A program made the position numbers and the translations under genes. The notes beneath the pieces are model-generated. The model was not told where the DNA came from, searched no databases, and saw only the letters and a program-made list of their open reading frames with translations. DNA of 64,000 nt from an uncultured Coriobacteriaceae bacterium (GTDB taxonomy: Bacteria > Actinomycetota > Coriobacteriia > Anaerosomatales > Anaerosomataceae): contig CAZSUO010000001.1 of NCBI GenBank assembly GCA_964610065.1, forward strand, positions 2,874-66,873, written 5' to 3'. Each line of letters begins with the position of its first letter. Within the stretch, counting starts at the first letter, position 1. Below, one piece after another: positions 1 through 9,220 of this stretch.

Positions 1-1516
1 AGCGCACCTCGTCACGGATCTCCAGTATGCGGAGGTACTCGTCCACGCCTCCGGGCAGATGGCGGACCTTGCCGCCGATCACGGCGAACTGGTCGTCGGT
101 CACGCGTTCCATCAGGTGGCGGTCGTGCGTCACCATCAGAAGCGTGCCCGGCCAGGTGTCCAGCAGGCTCTCCATGACAGCCAGCATGTCGGTGTCCAGG
201 TCGTTGTCGGGCTCGTCGAGTATGAGCACGTTGGGCCGCTCGAGCAGGATGAGCATCAGCTGCAGCCGCCGCTTCTGACCGCCTGAGAGCGTATTCACGT
301 ATGCCGACAAGTGCGCCTGCTCGAAGCCGAGCCGCTCGAGCAGCTGCGCCGGGGTGAGTTCAGCTCCGTCGAACTCGTAGCGCGTCTTGTAGCGAGCGAG
401 GACGTCGCGCACACGTTCTTCCGCGTGCACTTCGAGTTCGTCCAGATGCTGCGAAAGCACCGCCGCCTTCACGGTCTGTCCGATACGGACGGTGCCAGAC
501 GTGGGCTTCGCCGCGCCCTGTACGAGCCTGAGCAGCGTGGTCTTGCCGGAGCCGTTCTCGCCGAGGATGCCGATGCGGTCGCCCGGCCCGATGTGCCACG
601 TCAGATCGTGCAGCACGGTTGTTGCGCCGTAGCTCACCGTCACGCCTTCGAGGTCGATGACCTGCTTGCCGAGTCGCGTCATCGCCGTCTGCCTGAGCTC
701 GAGTGTGTTGCGAAGCGGTGGCTCGTCGGCTATGAGCGCGTTGGCGGCGTCGATCCGGAACTTGGGTTTCGTCGAACGTGCCTGTGGGCCACGCGCGAGC
801 CACGCGAGCTCCTTGCGCATCAGGTTCCGGCGCTTCTGTTCGATCCGTTCGGCGATGGCCGCACGCTCCACGCGCTGGAAGACGTACGCCGAGTAGCCGC
901 CATCGAAGCGGTCCACGACGCCGTCATGCACCTCCCACATCGTGGTGCACACCTCATCGAGGAACCAGCGGTCATGGGTGACCACCAGGAGCGCTCCTGA
1001 CCGGGCCGGCCAGCGTCCCTTGAGGTGTGCCGCCAGCCACGCGATCGCCGGGATGTCGAGGTGGTTGGTGGGTTCGTCGAGCATGAGCACGTCGCACGGT
1101 TGGATGAGCACACGCGCAAGGTCCACCCGTCGTCGTTGGCCGCCGGAGAGCTCACCTATGCGGTCCTCCCAGGCGATGTCGGCCAACAGGTGTTCGATGA
1201 TGGTGCGAATCCGGGCATCCGAGGCCCATTCGTGCTCCGGCATGTCGCCGACCACCGAGGACGCAACGCTCGCGGCGAGGTCGAGCGAGTCCGTCTGGCC
1301 GAGCATGTGCACCACGGTGCCGCTCCGCCGGATCACGCGGCCGCGATCGGGCGTCTGGATACCGGCGAGCAGCTTGAGGAGTGTGGACTTGCCGTCGCCG
1401 TTGCCGCCCACCACGCCGATCCGGTCACCGTCTTCGATGCCGAGCGTGAGAGAGTCGAACACCCGCTTAGACGGGTATTCCAGATGGACGTCATCACAGC
1501 CGAGCAGGTGTGCCAC
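1..1516 (-). CDS. ABC-F family ATP-binding protein (Uup-like), 3' end runs off the window
   Basis: GTG at 1516 reads MAHLLGCDDVHLEYP...; Walker A GGNGDGKST, LSGGQRRR signature, LDEPTNHLD; second NBD with GENGSGKTT and LSGGQKRR; no TM segments. Confidence 0.9.
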   Translation of the reverse strand, partial: MAHLLGCDDVHLEYPSKRVFDSLTLGIEDGDRIGVVGGNGDGKSTLLKLLAGIQTPDRGRVIRRSGTVVHMLGQTDSLDLAASVASSVVGDMPEHEWASDARIRTIIEHLLADIAWEDRIGELSGGQRRRVDLARVLIQPCDVLMLDEPTNHLDIPAIAWLAAHLKGRWPARSGALLVVTHDRWFLDEVCTTMWEVHDGVVDRFDGGYSAYVFQRVERAAIAERIEQKRRNLMRKELAWLARGPQARSTKPKFRIDAANALIADEPPLRNTLELRQTAMTRLGKQVIDLEGVTVSYGATTVLHDLTWHIGPGDRIGILGENGSGKTTLLRLVQGAAKPTSGTVRIGQTVKAAVLSQHLDELEVHAEERVRDVLARYKTRYEFDGAELTPAQLLERLGFEQAHLSAYVNTLSGGQKRRLQLMLILLERPNVLILDEPDNDLDTDMLAVMESLLDTWPGTLLMVTHDRHLMERVTDDQFAVIGGKVRHLPGGVDEYLRILEIRDEVR

Positions 1517-1626
1517 GCGTTGCCTCGACTCTCGCTGCTGGGGACCTCGGGCCACGACAACGATACACGAGCCGGCACGGGGAGGCCGAGCCGTGGCGGT
1601 GCGAGGCATACTGCTCGGGCGTGATA

Positions 1627-1658
1627 ACGGCCTCCCTGGGATGATCCAGGGAGGCCGT
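1627..1658 (-). terminator. Intrinsic terminator-like hairpin downstream of the secreted paralog pair
   Basis: 13-bp perfect stem ACGGCCTCCCTGG / CCAGGGAGGCCGT with 6-nt loop. Confidence 0.7.
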
Positions 1659-1688
1659 GTGCTAACCGAATGCTGAGCGGAGCCTGAG

Positions 1689-2405
1689 CTACTGGATGAC
1701 CGTCATGTAGAAGGTCGAGTCCTCACTGGCCATCACGCCGATGGTGTGAACACCGCGATACTTGAGGTCGAAGTAGTCGCGCGTGTAGTGCGTGTAGTTG
1801 AGAACGCTGTTCGGATTGGTCCACCAGTAGATGTAGCCGAGTTCCTCAGTGTTGGGCGAGAAGAACATCGCAAGTGTGAGGCAGCTCGTGTCGCCGGAGT
1901 TGTTCACGATCCTCGAATACACGTTCGCATTCCCGGGCATCATGTACCTGCTGTAGAAGTAGGGGGTGTCGGGATCGGCCTGCCCGGAGATCACGAAGTG
2001 GATCTTGGAGATCGTGAGCTTGCCGCGCACGACGGTGGATTCGCCGCCCTTGGTCACCGTGAGACGCCAGTCGTAGCTCGCCGAGGGGAGCCGCTTGCCG
2101 TTGGCTCCGTAACCGTTCCACAGCGGGAACCAGTTGGTGCCCTGGGTGAGCGGTCCGTTGTAGACCGTCTTCACGACACCGTTGGCGCCAAGGATGTCGA
2201 GGCGGCCCCAGGTGCCCGGCGTGTCGACGTCGCAGGTGAAGCGGGTCGAGAGCAGCGACTTGAGCTCGTAGGCCACCGGGTTCGAGAACTTGGCGTTGGT
2301 CACGCCAGGTGCCGCGAACGCGGCGCTCGCGAAGGCGAACGTCATGATCGCCGCAAGCGCCAGTACGATCAGAGCTCTCTTGGTGAAACGTGCAGATGCC
2401 GGCAT
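1689..2405 (-). CDS. Secreted protein, FlgD-Ig-like N-domain plus variable C-domain (paralog A)
   Basis: SD GAGGGAGG before ATG 2405; Sec signal ending AFA-A; WNG-x-x-A-x-G-K-R-L-P-S-A-S-Y resembles the FlgD Ig motif WDGxxxxGxxxxxGxY. Confidence 0.75.
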   Translation of the reverse strand: MPASARFTKRALIVLALAAIMTFAFASAAFAAPGVTNAKFSNPVAYELKSLLSTRFTCDVDTPGTWGRLDILGANGVVKTVYNGPLTQGTNWFPLWNGYGANGKRLPSASYDWRLTVTKGGESTVVRGKLTISKIHFVISGQADPDTPYFYSRYMMPGNANVYSRIVNNSGDTSCLTLAMFFSPNTEELGYIYWWTNPNSVLNYTHYTRDYFDLKYRGVHTIGVMASEDSTFYMTVIQ

Positions 2406-3170
2406 GGAGCCTCCCTCGGATTCGACCGGGCCTCGCTTCCCGGTGAAGGGCCAGCAGTGTGCCCTCCTATGTACAACTATCGTCCTGCAGCCATCCTGAC
2501 TCAAGTCCGAGCCTCACCGTGCGCCGGGAGGTTCGGCGTCGCCGGTTCATGCGGTCTACTGGATGACTGTCATGTAGTAGTCGACGACGTTGAGCGACCG
2601 GATGGCGAACCTGTGGACCCCTCGGTCATAGAGCAAGGTGTCGTTGCCAGGTTCCTTGCGCAGATACCAGGTGCCCTTCACTGTCTCACTCGGGTCGAAC
2701 TCGATGTCGCCATAACCCACGACCCGTCCCACCGGGCTGGCCACCGTGCTTGGTGCTCGAAGCTCGACGTGCAGGCTGCTGGACGACGATGTGCGGTTCG
2801 TGGCCTGCCAGTAGATGTTGGCGCTTCCGGGGATCATGTACCGGTCCTGGAAGGTGATGACCTGACCGTCAGACCGGCCCTTCACCACGAATTGGATCTT
2901 GGAGACCGTGATCTTGCCCCGCACGACGGTTGACTCCGCGCCCTTGGTCACCGTGAGGCGCCAGTCGTAACTTGCCGAAGGAAGCCGCTTGCCGGCGTTG
3001 TCGAGCCCGTTCCACAGGGGGAACCAGTTGGCGCCCTGGGTGAGCGGTCCGTTGTAGACCGTCTTCACGACGCCGTTGGCGCCAAGGATGTCGAGGCGGC
3101 CCCAGGTGCCCGGCGTGTCGACGTCGCAGGTGAAGCGGGTGGAGAGCAGCGACTTGAGCTCGTAGGCCAC
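2139..3170. repeat. Direct repeat: 2139-2276 vs 3033-3170 (138 bp, 2 mismatches) inside the two paralogs
   Basis: Aligned by eye; offset 894 bp. Confidence 0.9.
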
Positions 3171-3299
3171 GGGATTGGAGAACTTTGCGTAGGTCACGCC
3201 GGGTGCCGCGAATGCGGTTGATGCGAACGCGAACGTGAGAAGCGCTGCAAGCATGGCTACGAATACGGCAGGAGCGATGATGCGCGTGCGTTTCAACAT
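2556..3299 (-). CDS. Secreted protein, FlgD-Ig-like N-domain plus variable C-domain (paralog B)
   Basis: SD GAGGGGG; signal peptide; N-domain nearly identical to paralog A; both end YMTVIQ. Confidence 0.75.
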   Translation of the reverse strand: MLKRTRIIAPAVFVAMLAALLTFAFASTAFAAPGVTYAKFSNPVAYELKSLLSTRFTCDVDTPGTWGRLDILGANGVVKTVYNGPLTQGANWFPLWNGLDNAGKRLPSASYDWRLTVTKGAESTVVRGKITVSKIQFVVKGRSDGQVITFQDRYMIPGSANIYWQATNRTSSSSSLHVELRAPSTVASPVGRVVGYGDIEFDPSETVKGTWYLRKEPGNDTLLYDRGVHRFAIRSLNVVDYYMTVIQ

Positions 3300-3458
3300 A
3301 TGGACCCCCTCATTTACTGCCAGGCCCCTCCACCCGGCGATTCTCGGAGTGTAGCACCGGTTCGCCCATTCTCGTTATGTGTGAACCTCGGCGCGGACGC
3401 ACATCTTCGAGTGCGCCGATACGATCGGACGAGCGCGGGCCACCGCATGTCGCATCGA

Positions 3459-3488
3459 TGGACACCGCACGGCGAGCCCCCGTATACT
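3459..3488 (+). promoter_or_regulatory. Sigma-A-like promoter for mltG
   Basis: TGGACA-N18-TATACT. Confidence 0.55.
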
Positions 3489-3603
3489 CCACGAAGCACG
3501 CGAGACTGACAGCCGGACCGGTGAGGGTCCAGTGGGGCAGTGAGATACGGGGGTCTCGGACTCAACGGTCCGGGGCTCTTTGCATCATGAGCCGGGAGGT
3601 CGA

Positions 3604-4869
3604 GTGGTAGACCGGGAATCCCACTACGGGCGCGAGGATACGGCGCGCGGTGAAGGGCACCGTCGTTCGTCACGTCATGGCCGCCCGCGTCGTGCCACGC
3701 GGCGTCGTGCGGCGCCCGCAGCCAAGGCGCCGACGCCCCGTCTCGCACGCGAGGCAAAGCGCCCGCCACGCCGTCGTGATTCAGGGAGGCACCGCTCGGT
3801 ATCTGCTGGCGCGGGGCCGCGCGGTACCCGTCTACTCCGTGCGGCGATCGCCGGACTGGTGCTGGTCGCGGTACTCGGTGTCGTGGGATACAGCGCCCAC
3901 CGGCTGATGGGAGAGTGGCCGTCGACGAGCCGTCAGATAGAGCCTGGTCTCCCCGTGCACGTTGTGATCGAGCAGGGCAGCACCACTGCCGCGATCGCCG
4001 GTCAGCTCGCGGAACTCGGCGTCATCGACAGCGCCTTCATGTTCCGCCTCAAAGTGCGCGATACCGGCGCTGGCGAGCGGTTGAAGGCGGGGGAGTACGA
4101 CCTTGCAACGGGCATGGCGTATGAAGACGTGATCGAGCGCCTCACCGCCGGTGCGACCGCTGAGTACGTGGACGTCACCATTCCCGAGGGCTTCACTGCC
4201 GAGCAGGTGGCCGCGCGTATGGCCGCCCAGGCAGGTGTCCCCGCAGAGGAGATGCTGCGTCTGTGCACCGCTGGCGCCGACGAGTTCGTGGCCGATCACC
4301 CGTACCTTGAAGGCGCCCACAACGGTTCGCTCGAGGGATTCCTGTATCCCGCAACGTACTCGATCGAGCCGGGCACGCCGTCCCGGGACGTCGTCGAGAT
4401 GATGCTCCGGAAGTTCGACAAGGAAGTCGCGGTGGTCGATCTCAGCTACGCGGAGACGCGCGGTCTCGACCTGGTCGACGTGGTGGTCATCGCGTCCATT
4501 CTCGAACGCGAGGCGCGGCTTGAGGATGAGTTCCCGCTGGTGTCGTCGGTGATCTACAACCGCCTGGCCCGGCCGATGAAGCTGCAGCTCTGCGCCACGG
4601 TGATGTACACGATGCCCGACGGCACAACGGCGCTCACCACCAAGGACCTTGAGCAGGAGACGCCCTACAACACCTACCTGCATGACGGCCTGCCCGCCGG
4701 TCCGATCAGCAATCCCGGTATGCGCGCCCTTCAAGCGGCCGCACGGCCAGCCGAGACGGACTACCTCTACTACGTCCTGACAGGTGCCGACGGTTCGCAG
4801 ACGTTCACTGCCACCTACGACGAGTTCCTGGAGGCCAAGCGTCGTGGACAGGCGGCACTCGGCAACTGA
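3604..4869 (+). CDS. mltG: Endolytic transglycosylase MltG (YceG family)
   Basis: GGGAGG then GTG 3604; N-terminal TM; motifs TIPEG, LEGFLYPATY, IASILERE, YNTYLHDGLPAGPISNPG. Confidence 0.93.
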   Translation: MVDRESHYGREDTARGEGHRRSSRHGRPRRATRRRAAPAAKAPTPRLAREAKRPPRRRDSGRHRSVSAGAGPRGTRLLRAAIAGLVLVAVLGVVGYSAHRLMGEWPSTSRQIEPGLPVHVVIEQGSTTAAIAGQLAELGVIDSAFMFRLKVRDTGAGERLKAGEYDLATGMAYEDVIERLTAGATAEYVDVTIPEGFTAEQVAARMAAQAGVPAEEMLRLCTAGADEFVADHPYLEGAHNGSLEGFLYPATYSIEPGTPSRDVVEMMLRKFDKEVAVVDLSYAETRGLDLVDVVVIASILEREARLEDEFPLVSSVIYNRLARPMKLQLCATVMYTMPDGTTALTTKDLEQETPYNTYLHDGLPAGPISNPGMRALQAAARPAETDYLYYVLTGADGSQTFTATYDEFLEAKRRGQAALGN

Positions 4870-4968
4870 GCCACGCTGACCTGGCTCACCGTCGTACGGT
4901 TCGGGTATCGCCGACACGTGACCCCTGTCTGCTATCCTTATGGTGTCCGGACTGGAGGAAGGGGCCCG

Positions 4969-5922
4969 ATGTCCGCGCGTGTCACCGCCCGCTGGATCGC
5001 CGAGGGTGTTCTGCGCTCCGACGGTCTGGACGCCGTACCCCCCGGCCTCACGGGACCCCTCTGGATCGACATCGCGGATCCCGACGAGGCGGCGCTCGCC
5101 GCGGTCAGCGAGCGAATCCCGCTGCCACCGCTCGCGGTCGAGGACTGTCTGCACTTCCCACAACGCCCGAAGCTCGACACGTATCACGACGTCTCGTTCG
5201 CGATCTGGCTGCTCCCGCAGATGGTCACCGATGACGGCATCGTCTCGCATGAGATCGACATGTTCCTCGGTGAGGAGCATCTGATCACCGTGCACAGCGC
5301 TGACGTGCCCGCGCTCTCGCGCGTGATCGATCGTGCCGATGCCTACCTGGCGCGCGGCGTCGAATGGACCGTGCATGCGATCCTTGATGCCGCGGTGGAC
5401 GAGGTGTTCCCGATCGTGGACGCCGTTGCCGACGACCTCGAGGAGCTTGAAGACCTCATCCTTGCCGATGCCCGGCCGGAGCATCTGCAGCGTCTCTATG
5501 CGGCGAAGCGGACGCTCGTTGCGCTGCGACGGATCGTGAGCCCCGAGCGTGACGTCGTGCGCGGTCTTGCCCGTCTTGAGGCGTTCGTCGAACCCGACGC
5601 GTACATGTACTTCGATGACGTCGGCGATCACCTCGCCCGGCTTGGGGATGCGATAGAGGCATATCGCGAGGTCGCCAACGGCGCGATGGATCTGTACCTG
5701 TCGGCCCAGAGCAACCGTATGAACGGCATCATGAAGCAGCTCACAGTCGTGGCCACGATCTTCATGCCACTCACCCTCATTTCGGGCATATACGGGATGA
5801 ACGTGCTGCGCGGTATGTGGCCGCCCGCCGATGCGGCCTGGTCGTTCGCGGCCATCATGACCGCGATGGCGGTGATCTCTGTCTGGATGGTTCTCTTCTT
5901 CAGGAGGAAAGACTGGTGGTAG
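4969..5922 (+). CDS. corA: CorA family Mg2+/Co2+ transporter
   Basis: QRPKLD, IFMPLTLISGIYGMN (GMN motif), two C-terminal TMs; extended -10 TGcTATCCT at 4930-4938. Confidence 0.93.
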   Translation: MSARVTARWIAEGVLRSDGLDAVPPGLTGPLWIDIADPDEAALAAVSERIPLPPLAVEDCLHFPQRPKLDTYHDVSFAIWLLPQMVTDDGIVSHEIDMFLGEEHLITVHSADVPALSRVIDRADAYLARGVEWTVHAILDAAVDEVFPIVDAVADDLEELEDLILADARPEHLQRLYAAKRTLVALRRIVSPERDVVRGLARLEAFVEPDAYMYFDDVGDHLARLGDAIEAYREVANGAMDLYLSAQSNRMNGIMKQLTVVATIFMPLTLISGIYGMNVLRGMWPPADAAWSFAAIMTAMAVISVWMVLFFRRKDWW

Positions 5923-6581
5923 ACGAGCGTACGAACGAGCCCGGCACCGAGGTGGTCCATCACACGGTCTACTCCGTGGCGAACCTCATCACCATACTGC
6001 GCCTCATACTCGTGCCCTTCTTCTTCACGGCACTCGTGGACGCACCGAGCGAACGCGGCCGGCTGGTCGCGTTCATCATCTACGCGGTGGCGGCCTCGAC
6101 CGACTGGATCGACGGGCAGATCGCCCGGCGCACGAACACGGTCACGCAGTTCGGGAAGATCGTCGATCCGCTCGTCGACCGCCTGCTGCTGGCATCAGGC
6201 GTTGTTGGCCTGTACCTGATCGACGTCCTGCCGCTGTGGATCCCGATCGTGCTGCTCGGCCGCGACCTGTACCTTCTCTACGGCGCGTATCTGCTCGAGC
6301 GCCATCATGTGATCCTTCCCGTCACCCGCGCGGGCAAGTGGACGACCGCGGTCCTGCTTACCGGCTTCTCGTCACTCATCGCGGGGTGGCCGATGGTGGG
6401 CGGTCTGGGGCTGTTCTCGAGTGAGTGGCTGCCGGGGCTCGGTGACGATCGAGTGCCCTTCGGCATGTACCTCGTGTACGTGGGGATGGTCCTGTCGGTG
6501 TCGGCGGCAGCGCAGTACACGGTTCGTGCGCTCCGTGCACGCCGCGCGGCGATAGATGCGACGAAAGGGGATGCCGCATGA
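5916..6581 (+). CDS. CDP-alcohol phosphatidyltransferase (PgsA2 / possible eukaryote-type cardiolipin synthase)
   Basis: Motif [27 protein letters not shown]; adjacent to the mannose-1-P guanylyltransferase, as in streptomycetes. Confidence 0.85.
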   Translation: MVDERTNEPGTEVVHHTVYSVANLITILRLILVPFFFTALVDAPSERGRLVAFIIYAVAASTDWIDGQIARRTNTVTQFGKIVDPLVDRLLLASGVVGLYLIDVLPLWIPIVLLGRDLYLLYGAYLLERHHVILPVTRAGKWTTAVLLTGFSSLIAGWPMVGGLGLFSSEWLPGLGDDRVPFGMYLVYVGMVLSVSAAAQYTVRALRARRAAIDATKGDAA

Positions 6582-9088
6582 AGGCCGTGGTGATGGCAGG
6601 GGGAGAAGGCACGCGTCTGAGGCCGCTCACGAGCATGCGTCCGAAGCCGATGGTTCCAATCGTGAACCAGCCCGTGATGGAGCACATCCTCGGTCTGGTG
6701 AAGCACCACGGCATCACGGAAGTCGTCGCGACACTCGCGTTCATGCCACAGGTCATCGAGGATTACTTCGGCGATGGCGACGAGTGGGGGATGGAGATCA
6801 GCTACGCCATCGAGGAGACGCCGCTCGGCACGGCTGGATCGGTCAAGAACGCGGCGGAGGCGCTCACCGAGACCTTCCTGGTGATCTCCGGAGACGCGCT
6901 CACCGACATCAATCTCACCGAGGTCATCGAGTTCCACAAGGCGAAGGGCGCCGCGGTCACCATCGCGCTCAAGCGTGTGTCCGACCCGCTGGAATTCGGT
7001 GTGGTGATCACCGATCAGGACGGGCGTGTCGAGCGGTTCCTTGAGAAGCCCACCTGGGGGCAGGTCTTCAGCGACACCATCAATACCGGGATCTACGTGG
7101 TCGATCCGCTCGTGTTCGACTTCATGCCCGACAACACACCGTTCGACTTCTCTTCGGACCTGTTCCCGATCCTGATGGAGAAGGGCTATCCGCTGTACGG
7201 CTGTGTGGTCGACGGTTACTGGGCCGATGTCGGCAGCCTGGAAGGGTACGTCGAGGTGCACCGTGACATCCTTGACGGCAAAGCCATGATCTACATCCCG
7301 GGGTCCCGGACCAAAGACGACGTATGGGTCGGCTCGGGGGCCAGCATCGACCCTACAGCCGAGATCTCCCCCAAGGCGGTCATAGGCGCCAACACCACCA
7401 TCAGGGCGGGCGCGAAGATCGGTCCGTACACCATCATCGGCGACAACTGCCTCGTGGGTTACGACGCTCAAACTGAGCACTCGATCATCTGGAACGATGC
7501 GTTCGTGGGCAAGTATTCGCAGGTGCGAGGAGCCGTCTTGTGCCGCAGCGTGGATATCCGCGCTGGCGCGCGTATCGAGCAGGGTGCGGTCATCGGTGAC
7601 GAGAGCGTGGTCGGACACGGCGCCGCCGTGGCCAACGACGTGCAGGTCTATCCGTACAAGCGCATCGACGCGGGCGCGCTGGTGAGTTCGTCGCTCATCT
7701 GGGAGTCGCGCGGGGTACGCGCGCTGTTCGGCGACGACGGTATCGCCGGTCTCGTGAACATCGACGTCACGCCGGAGCTCGCGCTGCATATCGCGCAGTC
7801 GCTCGGCAGTCTCCTGCCCAGCAAGTCCCACGTGGTGGTGAGCCGAGACTCAAGCGGTGCCGCTCGCATGGTCAAGCGCGCGGTCGCCGCCGGTCTCAAC
7901 TCCACGGGCTGTCACGTGCGGGACCTGCGCGTGGCGTCTCCTGCTGTGACGCGGTTCACCACGCGCGACACGCGTGCGATGGGCGGCGTGCACATCTGCG
8001 CCGCGGATGGGGACCCGCAGTCGATCGAGATCCATTTCTACGACGCCGAGGGGATCGACGTCTCCACAGGGTTGGAGAAGAAGATCGAGCGTCTCTATTT
8101 CCGGAAGGAGTTCCGGCGAGCGTTCTTCGATGAGGTGGGAGAGATCCTCTACCCACCCCGTGCCCTCGAGTACTACACGACCGGTCTCACGACGGCGCTC
8201 AACAACGGTGGGCGGACGAGCCGACGGTACACCGCGGTCATCGACATGGGCCTCAGTCCCGCGTCGTTCGTGCTGCCCACGATTGCCGCCGAGTGGAATC
8301 TGGAGCTCATCGGACTGCGTGCCTACGTCGACTCGGAGCGTGCGCCCGTCAACGACGGGGAGCGCACCGCCAACCTCGAACAGCTTGCCCGGTCGGTCGA
8401 CATGTTCAGGGCCGACATCGGTGTTGCGATGGACTCCACGGCCGAGCGGATCACACTGGTCACGCCCGCTGGACGCATACTCGACAGCGACACGGCGTTG
8501 CATGCGATGGTGTGGTTGTGGGCGAACGCCGAGCCGGCCACCCGGGGTGCGCTCGGAGTCGCGGTCCCGGTCACCGCGTCCACAGCGGTCGAGCGCATCG
8601 CAGGGGCGGCGGGGCGGTTCGTTCGTCGCACCGGAACGTCCCGGCGCGCACTCTCGGCCGCGGCGCTCGACCCTGCGATCGGAATCGCGGGGTCTCGTCG
8701 CGGTGGCTTCGTGTTCCCGCACTTCCTGGCTGGTTACGACGCGGTCATGTCCTTTGGGGCACTGCTGCGGATGCTCGACCGGCACGGGATGGACCTGGAT
8801 GAGGTGGTGGCGGGGCTGCCCGAGTTCCACCTGCGTGAGGAATCGGTGTTCTGTCCCTTCGACCGCAAGGGTGCGGTCATGCGGTCCATGGCCGCACTGG
8901 GCCGGGTCGGTGAGGCCGAGGCTGTCGAGGGTGTCCGCATCCCTGACGGCGATGGATGGGCGCTCGTGCTGCCCCACGCGACCGAGGCACAGGTCTCGGT
9001 CTACGCGGAGGGTGATGACGCGGCTGGCGCCGAGGCGCTCCTGAATCGGTATGCCGACGCTGTCCGGGATGCCATTGCCAACGGGTGA
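6578..9088 (+). CDS. Mannose-1-phosphate guanylyltransferase fused to a hexapeptide repeat and a degenerate phosphomannomutase-like domain
   Basis: [30 protein letters not shown]; LbH repeats; LFGDDG start of the PMM-like domain. Confidence 0.88.
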   Translation: MKAVVMAGGEGTRLRPLTSMRPKPMVPIVNQPVMEHILGLVKHHGITEVVATLAFMPQVIEDYFGDGDEWGMEISYAIEETPLGTAGSVKNAAEALTETFLVISGDALTDINLTEVIEFHKAKGAAVTIALKRVSDPLEFGVVITDQDGRVERFLEKPTWGQVFSDTINTGIYVVDPLVFDFMPDNTPFDFSSDLFPILMEKGYPLYGCVVDGYWADVGSLEGYVEVHRDILDGKAMIYIPGSRTKDDVWVGSGASIDPTAEISPKAVIGANTTIRAGAKIGPYTIIGDNCLVGYDAQTEHSIIWNDAFVGKYSQVRGAVLCRSVDIRAGARIEQGAVIGDESVVGHGAAVANDVQVYPYKRIDAGALVSSSLIWESRGVRALFGDDGIAGLVNIDVTPELALHIAQSLGSLLPSKSHVVVSRDSSGAARMVKRAVAAGLNSTGCHVRDLRVASPAVTRFTTRDTRAMGGVHICAADGDPQSIEIHFYDAEGIDVSTGLEKKIERLYFRKEFRRAFFDEVGEILYPPRALEYYTTGLTTALNNGGRTSRRYTAVIDMGLSPASFVLPTIAAEWNLELIGLRAYVDSERAPVNDGERTANLEQLARSVDMFRADIGVAMDSTAERITLVTPAGRILDSDTALHAMVWLWANAEPATRGALGVAVPVTASTAVERIAGAAGRFVRRTGTSRRALSAAALDPAIGIAGSRRGGFVFPHFLAGYDAVMSFGALLRMLDRHGMDLDEVVAGLPEFHLREESVFCPFDRKGAVMRSMAALGRVGEAEAVEGVRIPDGDGWALVLPHATEAQVSVYAEGDDAAGAEALLNRYADAVRDAIANG

Positions 9089-9220
9089 TACGTGGCCGCC
9101 GCCCGGTACACACGGGTTGCGCATGGTATCATCGCAGGTCACGACTGGCGGCGTTCTTGCTGATGACGAGCATCGGTGTGAACCTCCCGGTTGCGGACGA
9201 CCCTTCGAGTGAGAACAGAG

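Noticed and set aside
1..1516. Antibiotic-resistance ABC-F
   Set aside because: Looks like a housekeeping Uup-like ABC-F; subfamily cannot be judged from a partial gene
1689..3299. Diversity-generating retroelement target/template pair
   Set aside because: The repeat lies in the constant domain, the variable regions differ by indels rather than adenine-specific changes, and there is no reverse transcriptase in the window
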